Origin: an uncultured Gammaproteobacteria bacterium
GTDB lineage: Bacteria; Patescibacteriota; Microgenomatia; Levybacterales; UBA12049
Direction: 5' to 3'
Assembly (NCBI GenBank): GCA_964416445.1
Contig: CAYQEE010000008.1
Coordinates: forward strand, 6,450-70,449
Length of the DNA: 64,000 nt
Shown piece after piece: positions 1 through 10,637 of this stretch (its first letter is position 1; each line of letters begins with the position of its first letter). The notes under the pieces are model-generated. The model worked only from the letters and a program-made list of their open reading frames with translations, did not search any database and was not told the DNA's origin. The translations under genes were made by a program, and so were the position numbers.

Positions 1-1
1 T

Positions 2-868
2 AATGGAATTTGTGCTAATTGTTATGGATGGGATTTCAGCGTTAAAAGAAAAGTCAGACTTGGGGTACCTGTCGGCGTTATTGCTGCACAATCAATTGGA
101 GAACCAGGAACACAACTTACCATGCGGGTACGACATTTTGGAGGAGTTGTTATGAGTGACGTAACGCAAGGTTTACCTAGGGTAGAAGAATTATTTGAAA
201 TGAGAACACCAAAGAACCTTTCAGCAATTGCACAAATCACGGGAAAAGTCAAAGTTGAAACAACAGAAGAAGGATACAAAATTACCGTAAAGAATACGAA
301 AGTTACTCCAATGGAAGTGCAAGAATATTTTGTTCCTCTTGCTGCCGAGCTCGTTGTAAAAGATGGTGATGAAATTGTTGCAGGAACTCCATTTGCACGA
401 GGTTATTTGGATCCAAAGGAAATTCTTAAAGTGAATGGGCTGGAAGCGACACAACGATATGTTCTTGCTGAAGCACAAAAAGTATATGAATCTCAAGGAA
501 TTACGATTAACGATAAACATTTTGAAACAGTATTGCGAAAAATGTCTGATAAAGTTATCGTTGAAACCGTTGGTGATACTCCATTAATTCCTGGTGACTT
601 TATTACTAAAACTCGATTCGAAGATGTTAATGCTGAAACACTTTCTCAAGGTGGCGAACCTGCAACAGGAAGACAAGTAATGCTTGGAGTTACAAAAGCA
701 GCGTTATTCTCAGATTCATGGCTCTCAGCAGCATCATTTCAAGAAACAACGCGAGTACTTACAGAAGCAGCTTTGGAAGGCAGAATTGATAAACTTATTG
801 GTTTAAAAGAAAATGTTATTATCGGTCGGTTAATTCCTGTTGATGGAAAGGTTGAGGAACAAATTTAA
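2..868 (+). CDS. rpoC: DNA-directed RNA polymerase beta' subunit, C-terminal part (5' truncated by window)
   Basis: Frame open from position 2 ([64 protein letters not shown]). Confidence 0.98.
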   Translation, partial: NGICANCYGWDFSVKRKVRLGVPVGVIAAQSIGEPGTQLTMRVRHFGGVVMSDVTQGLPRVEELFEMRTPKNLSAIAQITGKVKVETTEEGYKITVKNTKVTPMEVQEYFVPLAAELVVKDGDEIVAGTPFARGYLDPKEILKVNGLEATQRYVLAEAQKVYESQGITINDKHFETVLRKMSDKVIVETVGDTPLIPGDFITKTRFEDVNAETLSQGGEPATGRQVMLGVTKAALFSDSWLSAASFQETTRVLTEAALEGRIDKLIGLKENVIIGRLIPVDGKVEEQI

Positions 869-869
869 T

Positions 870-1313
870 ATGCCAACATTATCTCAATTAGTACGAAAAG
901 GTCGATCAAAAAGATTCAAAAAAGTAAAAGCAACTGCATTACGTCGTTCATTTAATGCAAAAGATCGATTATACAAAGCATATAATTCACCACAGAAACG
1001 TGGCGTTGTTACGTTAGTAAAAACAATGACGCCAAAAAAGCCAAATTCTGCTCTTCGAAAAGTTGCTCGGGTGAAACTTTCAAATAGAACGGAAGTTACC
1101 GCTTATATTCAAGGAGTTGGCCATAGCCTTTCAGAACACGGAATTGTCTTAGTTCGTGGAGGAAGAGTAAAAGATTTACCAGGAGTAAAATATCATATCG
1201 TTCGTGGTAAGTTTGATTTACAAGGGGTACAGGGAAGAATGACCTCTCGCAGTATTTATGGAGCTAAGAAACCATCAAGTGGAGGAGGTAAGGCAGCACC
1301 AAAAGCCGCATAA
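870..1313 (+). CDS. rpsL: 30S ribosomal protein S12
   Basis: [35 protein letters not shown]; ATG at 870 just after the rpoC stop. Confidence 0.98.
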   Translation: MPTLSQLVRKGRSKRFKKVKATALRRSFNAKDRLYKAYNSPQKRGVVTLVKTMTPKKPNSALRKVARVKLSNRTEVTAYIQGVGHSLSEHGIVLVRGGRVKDLPGVKYHIVRGKFDLQGVQGRMTSRSIYGAKKPSSGGGKAAPKAA

Positions 1314-1328
1314 TAACTTCAGAAAGCT

Positions 1329-1802
1329 ATGAGACATAAAAAAGTACAAAAACGAGAAATTTACCCGGACAAATTATATAATAATGTTCTTGTAACAAAA
1401 TTAATTAATCGTATCATGCGAGATGGGAAAAAAACAGTTGCAGAACAACTTATTTATGCTACTTTTGAAGGACTTAAAGCGAAAAATTTTGATCCATTAG
1501 CAACATATTTAAAGGCAATTGCAACAGTATCTCCTAAAGTAGAAATTAAAGCACGTCGAGTAGGAGGAGCAAATTATCAGGTACCGATTGAAGTAAGAAA
1601 AGATCGACAGGAAGCTCTCGCAATTCGATGGATTATAGAGGCAGCACGAAATAGGTCAAATAAAGATTATCATTCTTTTGATTTAAAATTAATTGCTGAA
1701 CTCTTAGATGTAATTGAGAATAAAGGTGAGGCAATTAAGAAACGAGACAATATGCTTCGACAAGCAGAAGCAAATAAAGCTTTTGCACACTTCAGGTGGT
1801 AA
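1329..1802 (+). CDS. rpsG: 30S ribosomal protein S7
   Basis: RIMRDGKKTVAE, RRVGGANYQVPIEV, AEANKAFAHFRW. Confidence 0.98.
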   Translation: MRHKKVQKREIYPDKLYNNVLVTKLINRIMRDGKKTVAEQLIYATFEGLKAKNFDPLATYLKAIATVSPKVEIKARRVGGANYQVPIEVRKDRQEALAIRWIIEAARNRSNKDYHSFDLKLIAELLDVIENKGEAIKKRDNMLRQAEANKAFAHFRW

Positions 1803-1815
1803 ATATCCTATAATA

Positions 1816-1844
1816 TTGACTTTTTCGCATTTTTTCGATAACCT
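1816..1844 (+). promoter_or_regulatory. Putative sigma70 promoter for a leaderless transcript of the 1851 ORF
   Basis: TTGACT(1816-21), 17 bp, TAACCT(1839-44); 6 nt before ATG 1851. Confidence 0.45.
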
Positions 1845-1850
1845 AGTGCT

Positions 1851-2834
1851 ATGGAACACTTTCAATTAGGAAGAGAACAAGGTATATCGTATCAAATGCA
1901 GAGTTGGATCAATCGAGGAAGAGGAGTACGACGAAGTCCTCAAGATACTCCTCAGATACGTGCGCTCCGTTTTCAAGATACATTACTTGCAAATAATCTG
2001 GAACGATTGCATATGTTACAAACCCGAGAGCAATTGTTCTCTCTTTATGAAGACATGGGGAATATTGCAGGGCCTTTAAATACTATGATTTACCCTGCAG
2101 GGAGTCATGATATCTTCCCAATACTTCTTGCTCAAAAATTAGTTATTCTTGACAGGGCACCCCTCCTTTCTTCCCAAAACCCAGTTTCTTACCGAATTGA
2201 TTCTGCATTATCCAAAAGTCCACTTTCCATAGGAGAAATGCTTGCTGAAACGTCGCCACTACATGTCGATATAGAAAATAAATTAATTGATGCACAAATT
2301 CTGGTCCCCTATCTCTTAACCGATCGAATTCCTGGAGGATTTGAAGGACGTGGAAAAAAGCCAAATTCTGCCGAGGATAATTTTAGTGATATGCTTGCTT
2401 CATTAATGATTCTCGGTGTTGATATGCAATCAGTACGTATGCAAAAAACGAGATCAAATTCGTATACTATTGCCTTCACTTTGGATGGTATAAAAAAGCA
2501 AATAGTCTATATTACGGAGATATTACCAGAAGAAAGTAGTCATTTGACAGATAAAGAAAAACAGAGAGTTGTCTACAATGCTTTGCGAGGAATGAAATTA
2601 CCGAGAAGAACAGGGTTACTCAGTAAAGCAGACCAAAATAGAGTAGCTGCGAGTTTTATGATAGTAAAACCAGATGTCCTTTTCCTTGATAAGGAAACCT
2701 CAATGTTACCAGAAGGGCGTAATTATACGTATGAAACTATTCTTCGTGAACAAAAATATGGTGGTTTAGCCTATGGTTATAACGATTATACTCATAGAGG
2801 GAATTTGGTTTTAATAGGGAAATTAACCCAGTAA
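1851..2834 (+). CDS. Hypothetical protein (orphan inserted between rpsG and fusA)
   Basis: 327-aa ORF with promoter-like element; no family recognised (YPAGSHD could be a degenerate nucleotide/SAM-binding loop). Confidence 0.65.
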   Translation: MEHFQLGREQGISYQMQSWINRGRGVRRSPQDTPQIRALRFQDTLLANNLERLHMLQTREQLFSLYEDMGNIAGPLNTMIYPAGSHDIFPILLAQKLVILDRAPLLSSQNPVSYRIDSALSKSPLSIGEMLAETSPLHVDIENKLIDAQILVPYLLTDRIPGGFEGRGKKPNSAEDNFSDMLASLMILGVDMQSVRMQKTRSNSYTIAFTLDGIKKQIVYITEILPEESSHLTDKEKQRVVYNALRGMKLPRRTGLLSKADQNRVAASFMIVKPDVLFLDKETSMLPEGRNYTYETILREQKYGGLAYGYNDYTHRGNLVLIGKLTQ

Positions 2835-2838
2835 ATAG

Positions 2839-3525
2839 TTAATAGAGAGTAATGGTATTCATTTTGTCACCAACCTGAATACTTTGGACCACATTCATTC
2901 CATTAGTAACTTTTCCAAAAATGGTGTAATTATGAGGGAGTTGATCATTATCTGCTAACATAATGAAGAATTGGCTCCCATTGGTATTTGGTCCACGATT
3001 TGCCATTGCTACTACTCCAGCCTTATATCCTGCTTGATAACTCGGGGTGTTTGGATTAAGTTCGTCTTCAAATGTTGGTCCAAAAATTGAGTATCCTCCT
3101 GTTCCATTTCCATTGGGATCTCCTCCTTGAATAACAAAACCGGGAACAACTCGATGAAATGTCAATCCGTTATAGTAACCAATATGGGCAAGAGTTGCGA
3201 AGTTCGTCACGGTTTTTGGCGCATCTTGCGGGTAAAGTTGAATATCAATTTCTCCTTTATTTGTCATGATAGATGCAGCAGTAGCGTTAGTGACCCACAT
3301 TGTTTGAGGTATCACGGAGGGAACAGGATTTGTTTGTTGTTGCTGTTGGAGTGGGCTACTTGGTGCTTGAAGTAATGAAGTTGGTGTTGGAGTAATTTGA
3401 GCTGTTGGTTGTGAAGCGGTATTTAGTCCTATATCTGTCGAGGGGCTTTTTGATTGTGTGAAGATGGTTACTATTCCTAAAATGATCGCAATGATAATAA
3501 TAGTGATGATATAAAATTTTCCCAT
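2839..3525 (-). CDS. Membrane-anchored cyclophilin-type peptidyl-prolyl cis-trans isomerase
   Basis: N-terminal TM plus P/T/Q linker; APKTVTNF, FHRVVPGFVIQGGDP, AMANRGPNTNGSQFFI, YTIFGKV. Confidence 0.95.
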   Translation of the reverse strand: MGKFYIITIIIIAIILGIVTIFTQSKSPSTDIGLNTASQPTAQITPTPTSLLQAPSSPLQQQQQTNPVPSVIPQTMWVTNATAASIMTNKGEIDIQLYPQDAPKTVTNFATLAHIGYYNGLTFHRVVPGFVIQGGDPNGNGTGGYSIFGPTFEDELNPNTPSYQAGYKAGVVAMANRGPNTNGSQFFIMLADNDQLPHNYTIFGKVTNGMNVVQSIQVGDKMNTITLY

Positions 3526-3622
3526 GTCGTTTAGCAGAAATTATTATAGTATAAAAACAAAAAATGTGGTATACTTAAATTCATTCCCGCAGGGAAGTTT
3601 TTGTTTCTTATAACTAATAATT

Positions 3623-5734
3623 ATGGCTGATACAGCAACACAACGACATGCAGAGTTAGATAAAATTCGAAATATTGGCATTATTGCGCATATTGACGCT
3701 GGGAAAACAACCACGACTGAAAGAATCTTATTTTATACAGGAAAAACGTATAAAATTGGGGATATTGATGAAGGTAATACCCAAATGGATTGGATGGAAC
3801 AAGAAAAAGAACGAGGTATTACTATTGTTTCTGCTGCAACTACCGCATTTTGGAAAGGTTACCGTATTAATATTATTGATACTCCAGGGCACGTTGACTT
3901 TACTGCAGAAGTAGAACGATCACTTCGAGTTCTTGATGGTGGTATTACGGTTCTCGATGCAGAAGAAGGTGTGCAATCACAATCAGAGACCGTATGGCGA
4001 CAAGCTGATAAGTACAAGGTTCCTCGAGTTTGTTTCGTAAATAAAATGGATAAACTTGGTGCAGATTTCTTAGCTACGGTAAAAAGCATTGAAGATAGAT
4101 TAGGTGCAAATCCGGCAATTATGGTTCTTCCTATTGGTACTGAAAGTACCTATATTGGTAATGTCGATTTACTAACCAGAAAAGCATATAAATGGGGGCA
4201 AGATGAATTAGGAGCAAAGTTTGAAATAAGTGATGAAATACCGTCAGAAATGAAAGAACAGGTTGAAGAATACCGTCATAAACTTATTGAAAAAATTGCT
4301 GAAACTGATGATGCGATGCTTGAGAAGTATTTAGCAGGTGAAGAACCATCAGTTGAGGAACTTAAAAAAGCGTTACGAGCAGCTGTTATTGCATATAAAT
4401 TAGTTCCTATTTATGCTGGCTCATCACTTAGACATAAAGGAGTACAACCGTTACTTGATGCAGTGCTTGATTATTTACCTTCACCCGTTGACCTTGGTGC
4501 AGTAAAAGGTGAAAATCCAAAAACAAATATGGCTGAAGAAAGAAAACTTGTTCCTGAAGAAAAATTGTGTGGATTAGCTTTTAAAATTCAAATTGATCCT
4601 CACGTCGGAAAGTTAACCTACTTTCGAGTCTATTCAGGAAAAGTGCAATCTGGTTCATATATTTATAACAGCACTAAAAATACGACTGAACGTATTGGGC
4701 GAATCCTTTTAATGCATGCAAACAATCGAGAAGAAATTAAAGAAGCATTTGCTGGAGAAATCGTTGCGCTTGTTGGCTTAAAAGATACGATTACCGGAGA
4801 TACTTTATGCGATGAGAAAGCACCAATTGTTTTAGAAAAAATTACTTTTCCAGAACCAGTTATTTCTCTTGCTATCGAACCGAAAACAAAAATTGATCAA
4901 GAAAAACTTGGATTAGCATTGAAACGTTTAACTGAAGAGGATCCGACATTTCAAGTAAAAACGAATCATGAAACAGGGCAAACTATTATTTCTGGTATTG
5001 GCGAATTACAACTTGAAGTTATGGTAGACCGTATGAAAAGAGAATTTGGTGTTTTAGCAAATGTTGGCGCACCACAAGTAGCTTATAAGGAAACGGTTAA
5101 ATCAACAGCTGAAGCAGAAGGTAAATACATTCGTCAATCAGGAGGGCGTGGACAATATGGTCATTGTTATTTACGAATTGAACCAAAACCTCGCGGAGAA
5201 GGTTTCGAATTTGTTAACGCAATTAAAGGAGGAGCTATTCCTCAAGAGTTTATTATTTCTGTACAAAAAGGTGTCAAAGAATCAATCGAAAATGGAGTGC
5301 TCCTTGGATACCCTGTTGTTGATGTTCAAGTAACTTTATATGACGGATCCTATCATGATGTTGATTCTTCTGATGTAGCCTTTAAAATTGCTGCTTCAAT
5401 GGCGTTTCAAGCTGCTTCAAAAAAAGCAGACCTTACCTTGCTTGAACCAGTTATGTTAGTTGAAGTAACCACACCATCAGAATATATGGGAGATGTTATT
5501 GGAGATCTTTCAGCAAAACGAGCACAAATCATGGGTACCGAAGAACGATCTCGAGCAACCATTATTAAAGCAATGGTGCCATTAGCCGAATTGTCAGGGT
5601 ATGCAACAACACTTCGATCTATGTCAAAAGGTCGAGCTTCATATTATATGGAGCCATCTCACTATGAGGAAGTTCCAAATAATATTGTGCAACAAATGCT
5701 TGCAAAATCCACATTCACCGGAAGAGTTGAGTAA
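3623..5734 (+). CDS. fusA: Elongation factor G
   Basis: [39 protein letters not shown]; 703 aa. Confidence 0.99.
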   Translation: MADTATQRHAELDKIRNIGIIAHIDAGKTTTTERILFYTGKTYKIGDIDEGNTQMDWMEQEKERGITIVSAATTAFWKGYRINIIDTPGHVDFTAEVERSLRVLDGGITVLDAEEGVQSQSETVWRQADKYKVPRVCFVNKMDKLGADFLATVKSIEDRLGANPAIMVLPIGTESTYIGNVDLLTRKAYKWGQDELGAKFEISDEIPSEMKEQVEEYRHKLIEKIAETDDAMLEKYLAGEEPSVEELKKALRAAVIAYKLVPIYAGSSLRHKGVQPLLDAVLDYLPSPVDLGAVKGENPKTNMAEERKLVPEEKLCGLAFKIQIDPHVGKLTYFRVYSGKVQSGSYIYNSTKNTTERIGRILLMHANNREEIKEAFAGEIVALVGLKDTITGDTLCDEKAPIVLEKITFPEPVISLAIEPKTKIDQEKLGLALKRLTEEDPTFQVKTNHETGQTIISGIGELQLEVMVDRMKREFGVLANVGAPQVAYKETVKSTAEAEGKYIRQSGGRGQYGHCYLRIEPKPRGEGFEFVNAIKGGAIPQEFIISVQKGVKESIENGVLLGYPVVDVQVTLYDGSYHDVDSSDVAFKIAASMAFQAASKKADLTLLEPVMLVEVTTPSEYMGDVIGDLSAKRAQIMGTEERSRATIIKAMVPLAELSGYATTLRSMSKGRASYYMEPSHYEEVPNNIVQQMLAKSTFTGRVE

Positions 5735-5766
5735 TTCTTTTTCAATACAAATTGTGAAATTTTTAG

Positions 5767-5795
5767 TTGAGTCTCGCTTGTCTATCAAGTATAAT
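5767..5795 (+). promoter_or_regulatory. Putative sigma70 promoter of the acl operon
   Basis: TTGAGT(5767-72), 17 bp, TATAAT(5790-95); 8 nt before ATG 5804. Confidence 0.6.
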
Positions 5796-5803
5796 TAAGA
5801 ATA

Positions 5804-6982
5804 ATGGCAAGAAAAAAAATATCTGAATTTACTGCGAAGTCTCTCTTGTTTTCTCGTCTTGGTATACCATATACAGGAGTGTCTCTTATTGGTACTGATA
5901 CTGTTACTCCCTCAAACTTTGACAAAGATAAACTCTATGTTGTGAAAGTCGATGAAGGTGTTAAAGGAAGGATGAAAAAAGGATTAGTATCACTAAAGGT
6001 TCCTGCTACGGAGATACGAAATAAAATACAAGAATTGAGTGAAAAAGGATATCATCGATTTCTTGTCGAAGAATTTATTCCCCATGAAGCATTCCAAGAA
6101 AAATATTTTTCACTCGAAAGAACACGAGAAGGAATAACAATGTATTATTCTGATAAAGGAGGAATTGATATTGAATCTAACCAACAGACGGTTCAGAAGA
6201 CAATACTTGATAAAAGTACGACTGAATCAGTAACTTCTTTTTTAGGATTATCTCTTACTGCATTTCAAAAAATCATTACTGTTTTTAATGAACTCTATTT
6301 CTCTTTTCTTGAAGTTAATCCTCTTGTTATTACTGAAGACGCGATATATTTTTTAGATCTTGCTGTGGAGGTGGATAGTAGTGCGGAATTTTTTGTGAAA
6401 GATGGGTGGACAGCACTTGATTTTGTTGGGGATGAGCTTTTCGGCCAAAAAACAGAAGAAGAGAAAAATATTATTGCATTGAAAGCAAAAAGCCAAGCAG
6501 CATTTAAATTAGACATGCTTAATCCTCAAGGATCAATATGGATGTTATTATCAGGTGGAGGTGCAAGTATTGTCCTTGCTGATGAGGCATATAATCAAGG
6601 ACGAGGTACTGATGTTGCAAATTATGGAGAATATAGCGGTAATCCGAATCAAGAAGAAACATATATTTACACCAAAAATATTTTAAAGTTATTGCTAAAA
6701 TCACCGGCGCCAAAAAAAGTTTTAATTATTGGTGGCGGAGTTGCTAACTTTACTGATATTAAAACAACATTTGGAGGAGTCATCCGAGCTTTGGATGAAG
6801 TAAAAGATGATCTTGCAAAGCAACATGTCAAAGTATTTGTTCGTCGAGGAGGACCAAATCAGGAAGCAGGATTGCATGCAATGAAAATCTTTTTACAAAA
6901 TGCGCAAATTTTGGGAGGAGTATGGGATCCGTCACTCGTCTTGTCTGATGTTATAACAAAAGCGAAAGAGGAACTTTCGTAA
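5804..6982 (+). CDS. aclB: ATP-citrate lyase, beta (ATP-grasp / citrate-binding) subunit
   Basis: ATP-grasp N-terminus (VVKVD..KGRMKKGLV, GGIDIE, FLEVNPL); SGGGASIVLAD, ANYGEYSGNP, IGGGVANFTD, VRRGGPN. Confidence 0.9.
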   Translation: MARKKISEFTAKSLLFSRLGIPYTGVSLIGTDTVTPSNFDKDKLYVVKVDEGVKGRMKKGLVSLKVPATEIRNKIQELSEKGYHRFLVEEFIPHEAFQEKYFSLERTREGITMYYSDKGGIDIESNQQTVQKTILDKSTTESVTSFLGLSLTAFQKIITVFNELYFSFLEVNPLVITEDAIYFLDLAVEVDSSAEFFVKDGWTALDFVGDELFGQKTEEEKNIIALKAKSQAAFKLDMLNPQGSIWMLLSGGGASIVLADEAYNQGRGTDVANYGEYSGNPNQEETYIYTKNILKLLLKSPAPKKVLIIGGGVANFTDIKTTFGGVIRALDEVKDDLAKQHVKVFVRRGGPNQEAGLHAMKIFLQNAQILGGVWDPSLVLSDVITKAKEELS

Positions 6983-6987
6983 TATAT

Positions 6988-8775
6988 ATGTTAGATATTG
7001 CATTATTAAGACAACAAAAAGAGTATCAGGTTATTGCAATTGGAAGCTATCCAACGGTAATTCAATCAGTTCTTGATTTTGATTATTTATCAGGAAAGGA
7101 AAAACCGAGTATTGTTGGAATCATTGCTGGAGGGAGAAAATCAGAGCGGTACTTTTTTGGTAAAAAGGAGATCCTCATTCCGGTATTTTCGGATGTTGCA
7201 GTAATTCCTGAAAAGTTTCGAAATGAAATAACGTTGTTTATTAACTTAACTTCCGGAAGACGAGTATTCGAAAGTTCTCTTAAAGCAATTGATACCTTTC
7301 CTCATCTGCTTGGAGGAACACTGTTTGCTGAAAATGTTCCAGAACTTCATAGTATCGAACTTTTTAAAAAAACAGAAGAAACAAATACCTTTATTGTGGG
7401 GCCTGCAAGTGTTGGACTCCTTCTTCCGAATGCTTTGAAACTTGGGGCAATTGGTGGTGTCGATATTCGACAGTTAGAGAGTGCCCATTTGTTTACGAAA
7501 GGAAATGTCGCAGTTTTTTCTTCCTCTGGAGGAATGACAAATGAGTTAATTAATATTGTGACGAGTTCCGGAAAACGAATATCTTTTGCGTTATCATTTG
7601 GTGGTGACCGGTTTCCCATTGTTAGTCCTATGGAAGCATTCTTGGCTGCTGAACGAGATCCGGAAACTGAACATATTATCTACTTTGGTGAATTAGGGGG
7701 ATATGATGAATACGAAATAGCACATGCACTAAAGGAAGGACGAATTACAAAACCAGTCATTTGTTATATCGCAGGGGTCATTTCAGATATGTTTCCCAAA
7801 CCTCCTCAATTTGGTCATGCCAAAGCAATGGCAGGGAAAAAAGAGGAAGGAGCAAAAGCAAAACGAAAAGCACTTTCCGATGCAGGAGCAATTGCTGCAG
7901 AATCTTTTGCTGCGTTTGTTGATACGATTGCTGCTTTGCAAGTGCCTCAGTTTGAAGAAAGAGACTTTCGTGGACAAATGCAAGAAATTGCAACGCGACA
8001 ACATGCGCTCATTGCATCAAGTATTTCGAAGGATGTTAGCGGAGAAGTACACATTTTAGGTGAAGAATTACTTTCTTTTACCAAAAATCATTCATTTGCA
8101 TCAAATGTTGCAGCCATGTTTCTTGGAAAGAATAACGTTACAAGCGAAACAGAAGCATTCATTGATTTTATTCTCCGACTATTAGTAGATCATGGACCAT
8201 ATGTATCAGGAGTAATGAATACTGTTGTTACTGCTCGTGCAGGAAAAGATCTTGTGGCATCCCTTGCGGCAGGATTACTAACCGTTGGTCCACGATTTGG
8301 TGGTGCAATAAATCAAGCAGCAGCAAATTGGTTGAAGGGAACTCAGGAAAAACAAGATGCATATGATTTTGTTGAAGCGTTTGCAAGTCGCAAACAATAT
8401 ATATCAGGTATTGGACATCGGAAATATCGCGTTGATTTTCCTGACCCTCGGGTCACCGAAATTCTTCAATTTAGTAATTCGTTGAAAAAAAAGCGGTTTA
8501 CTGATTTTGCTAAAGCTATTGAAAAAGTAACAGTTTCGAAAAAAGGTAATTTGATCTTGAATGTGGATGGAGCAATTGCAGCAGTATTGTTAGATATTCT
8601 TTCAGAAAAAGAAGAAATGGTTGATGCTCAGCTTCAACAACTTGTCGAAACCGAGTTCTTTAATGCATTATTTGTTTTATCTCGAAGCGTCGGATTTATT
8701 GCTCACTTTCTTGATCAAAAACGATTAGATGAAGGGCTTTTCCGTCTTACCGAAAACCAAGTTGCCGAAGCATAA
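6988..8775 (+). CDS. aclA: ATP-citrate lyase, alpha subunit (CoA-ligase plus citryl-CoA lyase domains)
   Basis: IVGPASVG, SSSGGMTNEL, GGDRFP, phospho-His motif QFGHAKA, DHGPYVSG, GPRFGGA, GIGHR, LNVDGAIA. Confidence 0.92.
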   Translation: MLDIALLRQQKEYQVIAIGSYPTVIQSVLDFDYLSGKEKPSIVGIIAGGRKSERYFFGKKEILIPVFSDVAVIPEKFRNEITLFINLTSGRRVFESSLKAIDTFPHLLGGTLFAENVPELHSIELFKKTEETNTFIVGPASVGLLLPNALKLGAIGGVDIRQLESAHLFTKGNVAVFSSSGGMTNELINIVTSSGKRISFALSFGGDRFPIVSPMEAFLAAERDPETEHIIYFGELGGYDEYEIAHALKEGRITKPVICYIAGVISDMFPKPPQFGHAKAMAGKKEEGAKAKRKALSDAGAIAAESFAAFVDTIAALQVPQFEERDFRGQMQEIATRQHALIASSISKDVSGEVHILGEELLSFTKNHSFASNVAAMFLGKNNVTSETEAFIDFILRLLVDHGPYVSGVMNTVVTARAGKDLVASLAAGLLTVGPRFGGAINQAAANWLKGTQEKQDAYDFVEAFASRKQYISGIGHRKYRVDFPDPRVTEILQFSNSLKKKRFTDFAKAIEKVTVSKKGNLILNVDGAIAAVLLDILSEKEEMVDAQLQQLVETEFFNALFVLSRSVGFIAHFLDQKRLDEGLFRLTENQVAEA

Positions 8776-8937
8776 AATATCAGAAACTCCCCTTTTTATA
8801 CAGCAAATGGAAATATCTTTTTTCTGATAGCACAATATTCTCCTTAGAACACAAATATTCTTCTCTTTTTACAAAAAAGCCTAAGCAAAAAATATTGATT
8901 GAGCCTAATTTATACCCAAATTGGGGAATTTTTCCAT

Positions 8938-9810
8938 TTAATGGAGTTGCGCACTAATCATAATACGACCTTGTCGGGCACGGTGAGAAAATGATTTACC
9001 ATTCTGTGCAAGAACAACGTTATCTGAAGTATATGCTTCTATGTTTTTCCCTGGAATGTATATTGAGTTAATTTGGTCAAAAAGAAGACGTAAGTTATCT
9101 AAGTGATAAGGACCATTCTTAACATGTTGAATGATGTATGGTTCCCACATAGCGAAATTTTTCAATTCAGTCGTAATATGTTCGGGCTGAATAATATGAT
9201 TTTCAGGCCCAATCCCTTGGACGATCCCTATAGTGATCTGTAAAGGATCGCAGGCATAATAACTAATCAGGTGAGCAAGTGCATTTCGAGGAAGCTGAGC
9301 ATCTAACTCTCTTCTCCCGGCATGAATGAGACCGATGACATGGATACCTAATCGGTTAATAGCATGGACGGTCAAAGTGTGGCAGTCTCCAGAGGTCATA
9401 AGAATTGGAATTCGGGGAAGGGTTGTGAAAATAGCTCCTCCGGGCAAAAAAATACCTCTGTCAGTTTTTTCACTCATTGCTATAGTTGATGTGGACAAAT
9501 CGATAATTCGCGTATCTCCTGAAGCAGCTTGAAGGTACGTAGACTGCCGGATATCTTCCATACCTAACATCGCTAAGTGCTGTTCTATCCGTTGTTTCAC
9601 GCGGGCAATGGCCTCATTTTTGGTCGCTTCATCACTAAATCCAGGTTCCCATTTGTACGACATATTCTGAGACCCTTTTCCATAGGTAAAGCCATGCAAG
9701 AAAGGACTATTTTTGAACAGTTTAAATCCTGCGATATTTCGCTTTACTATATAAGCTTGGGTCCGTAACAACGGTGTGGAGGATGTAGGTAAGATTTTGA
9801 CTTTATTCAT
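8938..9810 (-). CDS. YfiH/PgeF (laccase-domain, purine nucleoside phosphorylase-like) family protein, divergent
   Basis: GAIFT..P.IPILMTSGDC, GLIHAGRRE, SFSHR motifs; start moved to ATG 9810, which has the SD GAGGTGAGG. Confidence 0.7.
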   Translation of the reverse strand: MNKVKILPTSSTPLLRTQAYIVKRNIAGFKLFKNSPFLHGFTYGKGSQNMSYKWEPGFSDEATKNEAIARVKQRIEQHLAMLGMEDIRQSTYLQAASGDTRIIDLSTSTIAMSEKTDRGIFLPGGAIFTTLPRIPILMTSGDCHTLTVHAINRLGIHVIGLIHAGRRELDAQLPRNALAHLISYYACDPLQITIGIVQGIGPENHIIQPEHITTELKNFAMWEPYIIQHVKNGPYHLDNLRLLFDQINSIYIPGKNIEAYTSDNVVLAQNGKSFSHRARQGRIMISAQLH

Positions 9811-9905
9811 AATCCTCACCTCTTTAGGCAAGGGATGCATTATAGCATGTTTTCTCGAATTGTTCTCTATTATACACTACTCTTGCAAGTGCCTCCTGAG
9901 AACGA

Positions 9906-10529
9906 TTATTGCAGGGTAATATGGATTCTCGCCTGATCTAAAATAGCAGGGTACTGCAATTGTGTCTTTAGCTGTACTTGGTATAACTTATTTCCTGAGT
10001 CAAGGGTGATTGGTGAGGAAATGAGAAGGAGTGGCTTGCCGCCAGAAAGGGTGACATCAGAAAACCATACAGGATGTTGGTCAGTGACATTGAAGAGCCG
10101 TACGCTTGCCCATTCATTGCCGGTAGGAATGTGGACTGAGGCTTCAAAAACTACCTGCTTCAGGGCAGGATATTGGGAGCTGTCAATATAGGTTTGTAAC
10201 CCGGTGACATTTGTCCAGTCTGCTGCATTACCTTCTCCAGACCCAAAAGGTACGAAGTATTCTTTTACTGCGGGAGGCTGATAATGGTATGTTATTTGAG
10301 AGGCTACGGTAGGTGTTGGTGAAGATGTTGATGGTATGATGCTGGTTGGAAGTGGGGATGGAAGGGCAAGGGGAGACGTAATAGTTTGCGACTGCTGACT
10401 TGCTGCTGCAATAGGCATTTGCGGAACATGCCCAAGAATAACAACGTCGAGTATAATTAAATTAATAACAAATGCTATTTCAATAAAAGAGAGTAAGGAT
10501 TGCCGAAACCAACGGTAACGAAAACGCAT
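9906..10529 (-). CDS. Hypothetical membrane-anchored protein with Ser/Pro/Thr linker and beta-rich C-terminal domain
   Basis: N-terminal TM (IAFVINLIILDVVIL), low-complexity linker. Confidence 0.7.
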   Translation of the reverse strand: MRFRYRWFRQSLLSFIEIAFVINLIILDVVILGHVPQMPIAAASQQSQTITSPLALPSPLPTSIIPSTSSPTPTVASQITYHYQPPAVKEYFVPFGSGEGNAADWTNVTGLQTYIDSSQYPALKQVVFEASVHIPTGNEWASVRLFNVTDQHPVWFSDVTLSGGKPLLLISSPITLDSGNKLYQVQLKTQLQYPAILDQARIHITLQ

Positions 10530-10637
10530 ATACTATCAGCGTAAAAAAAAGTATCATCACTGTCAAGTTTTGGTATCATTTCCTTATCCGATAGTTGACA
10601 GTCGAACTTGTCGTATGTAATGCTTATATGACTGTCC

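Noticed and set aside
5804-8775. Succinyl-CoA synthetase, or evidence of autotrophic rTCA
   Set aside because: The fused citryl-CoA lyase domain and NYGEYSG motif indicate ACL; no other rTCA genes are in the window.
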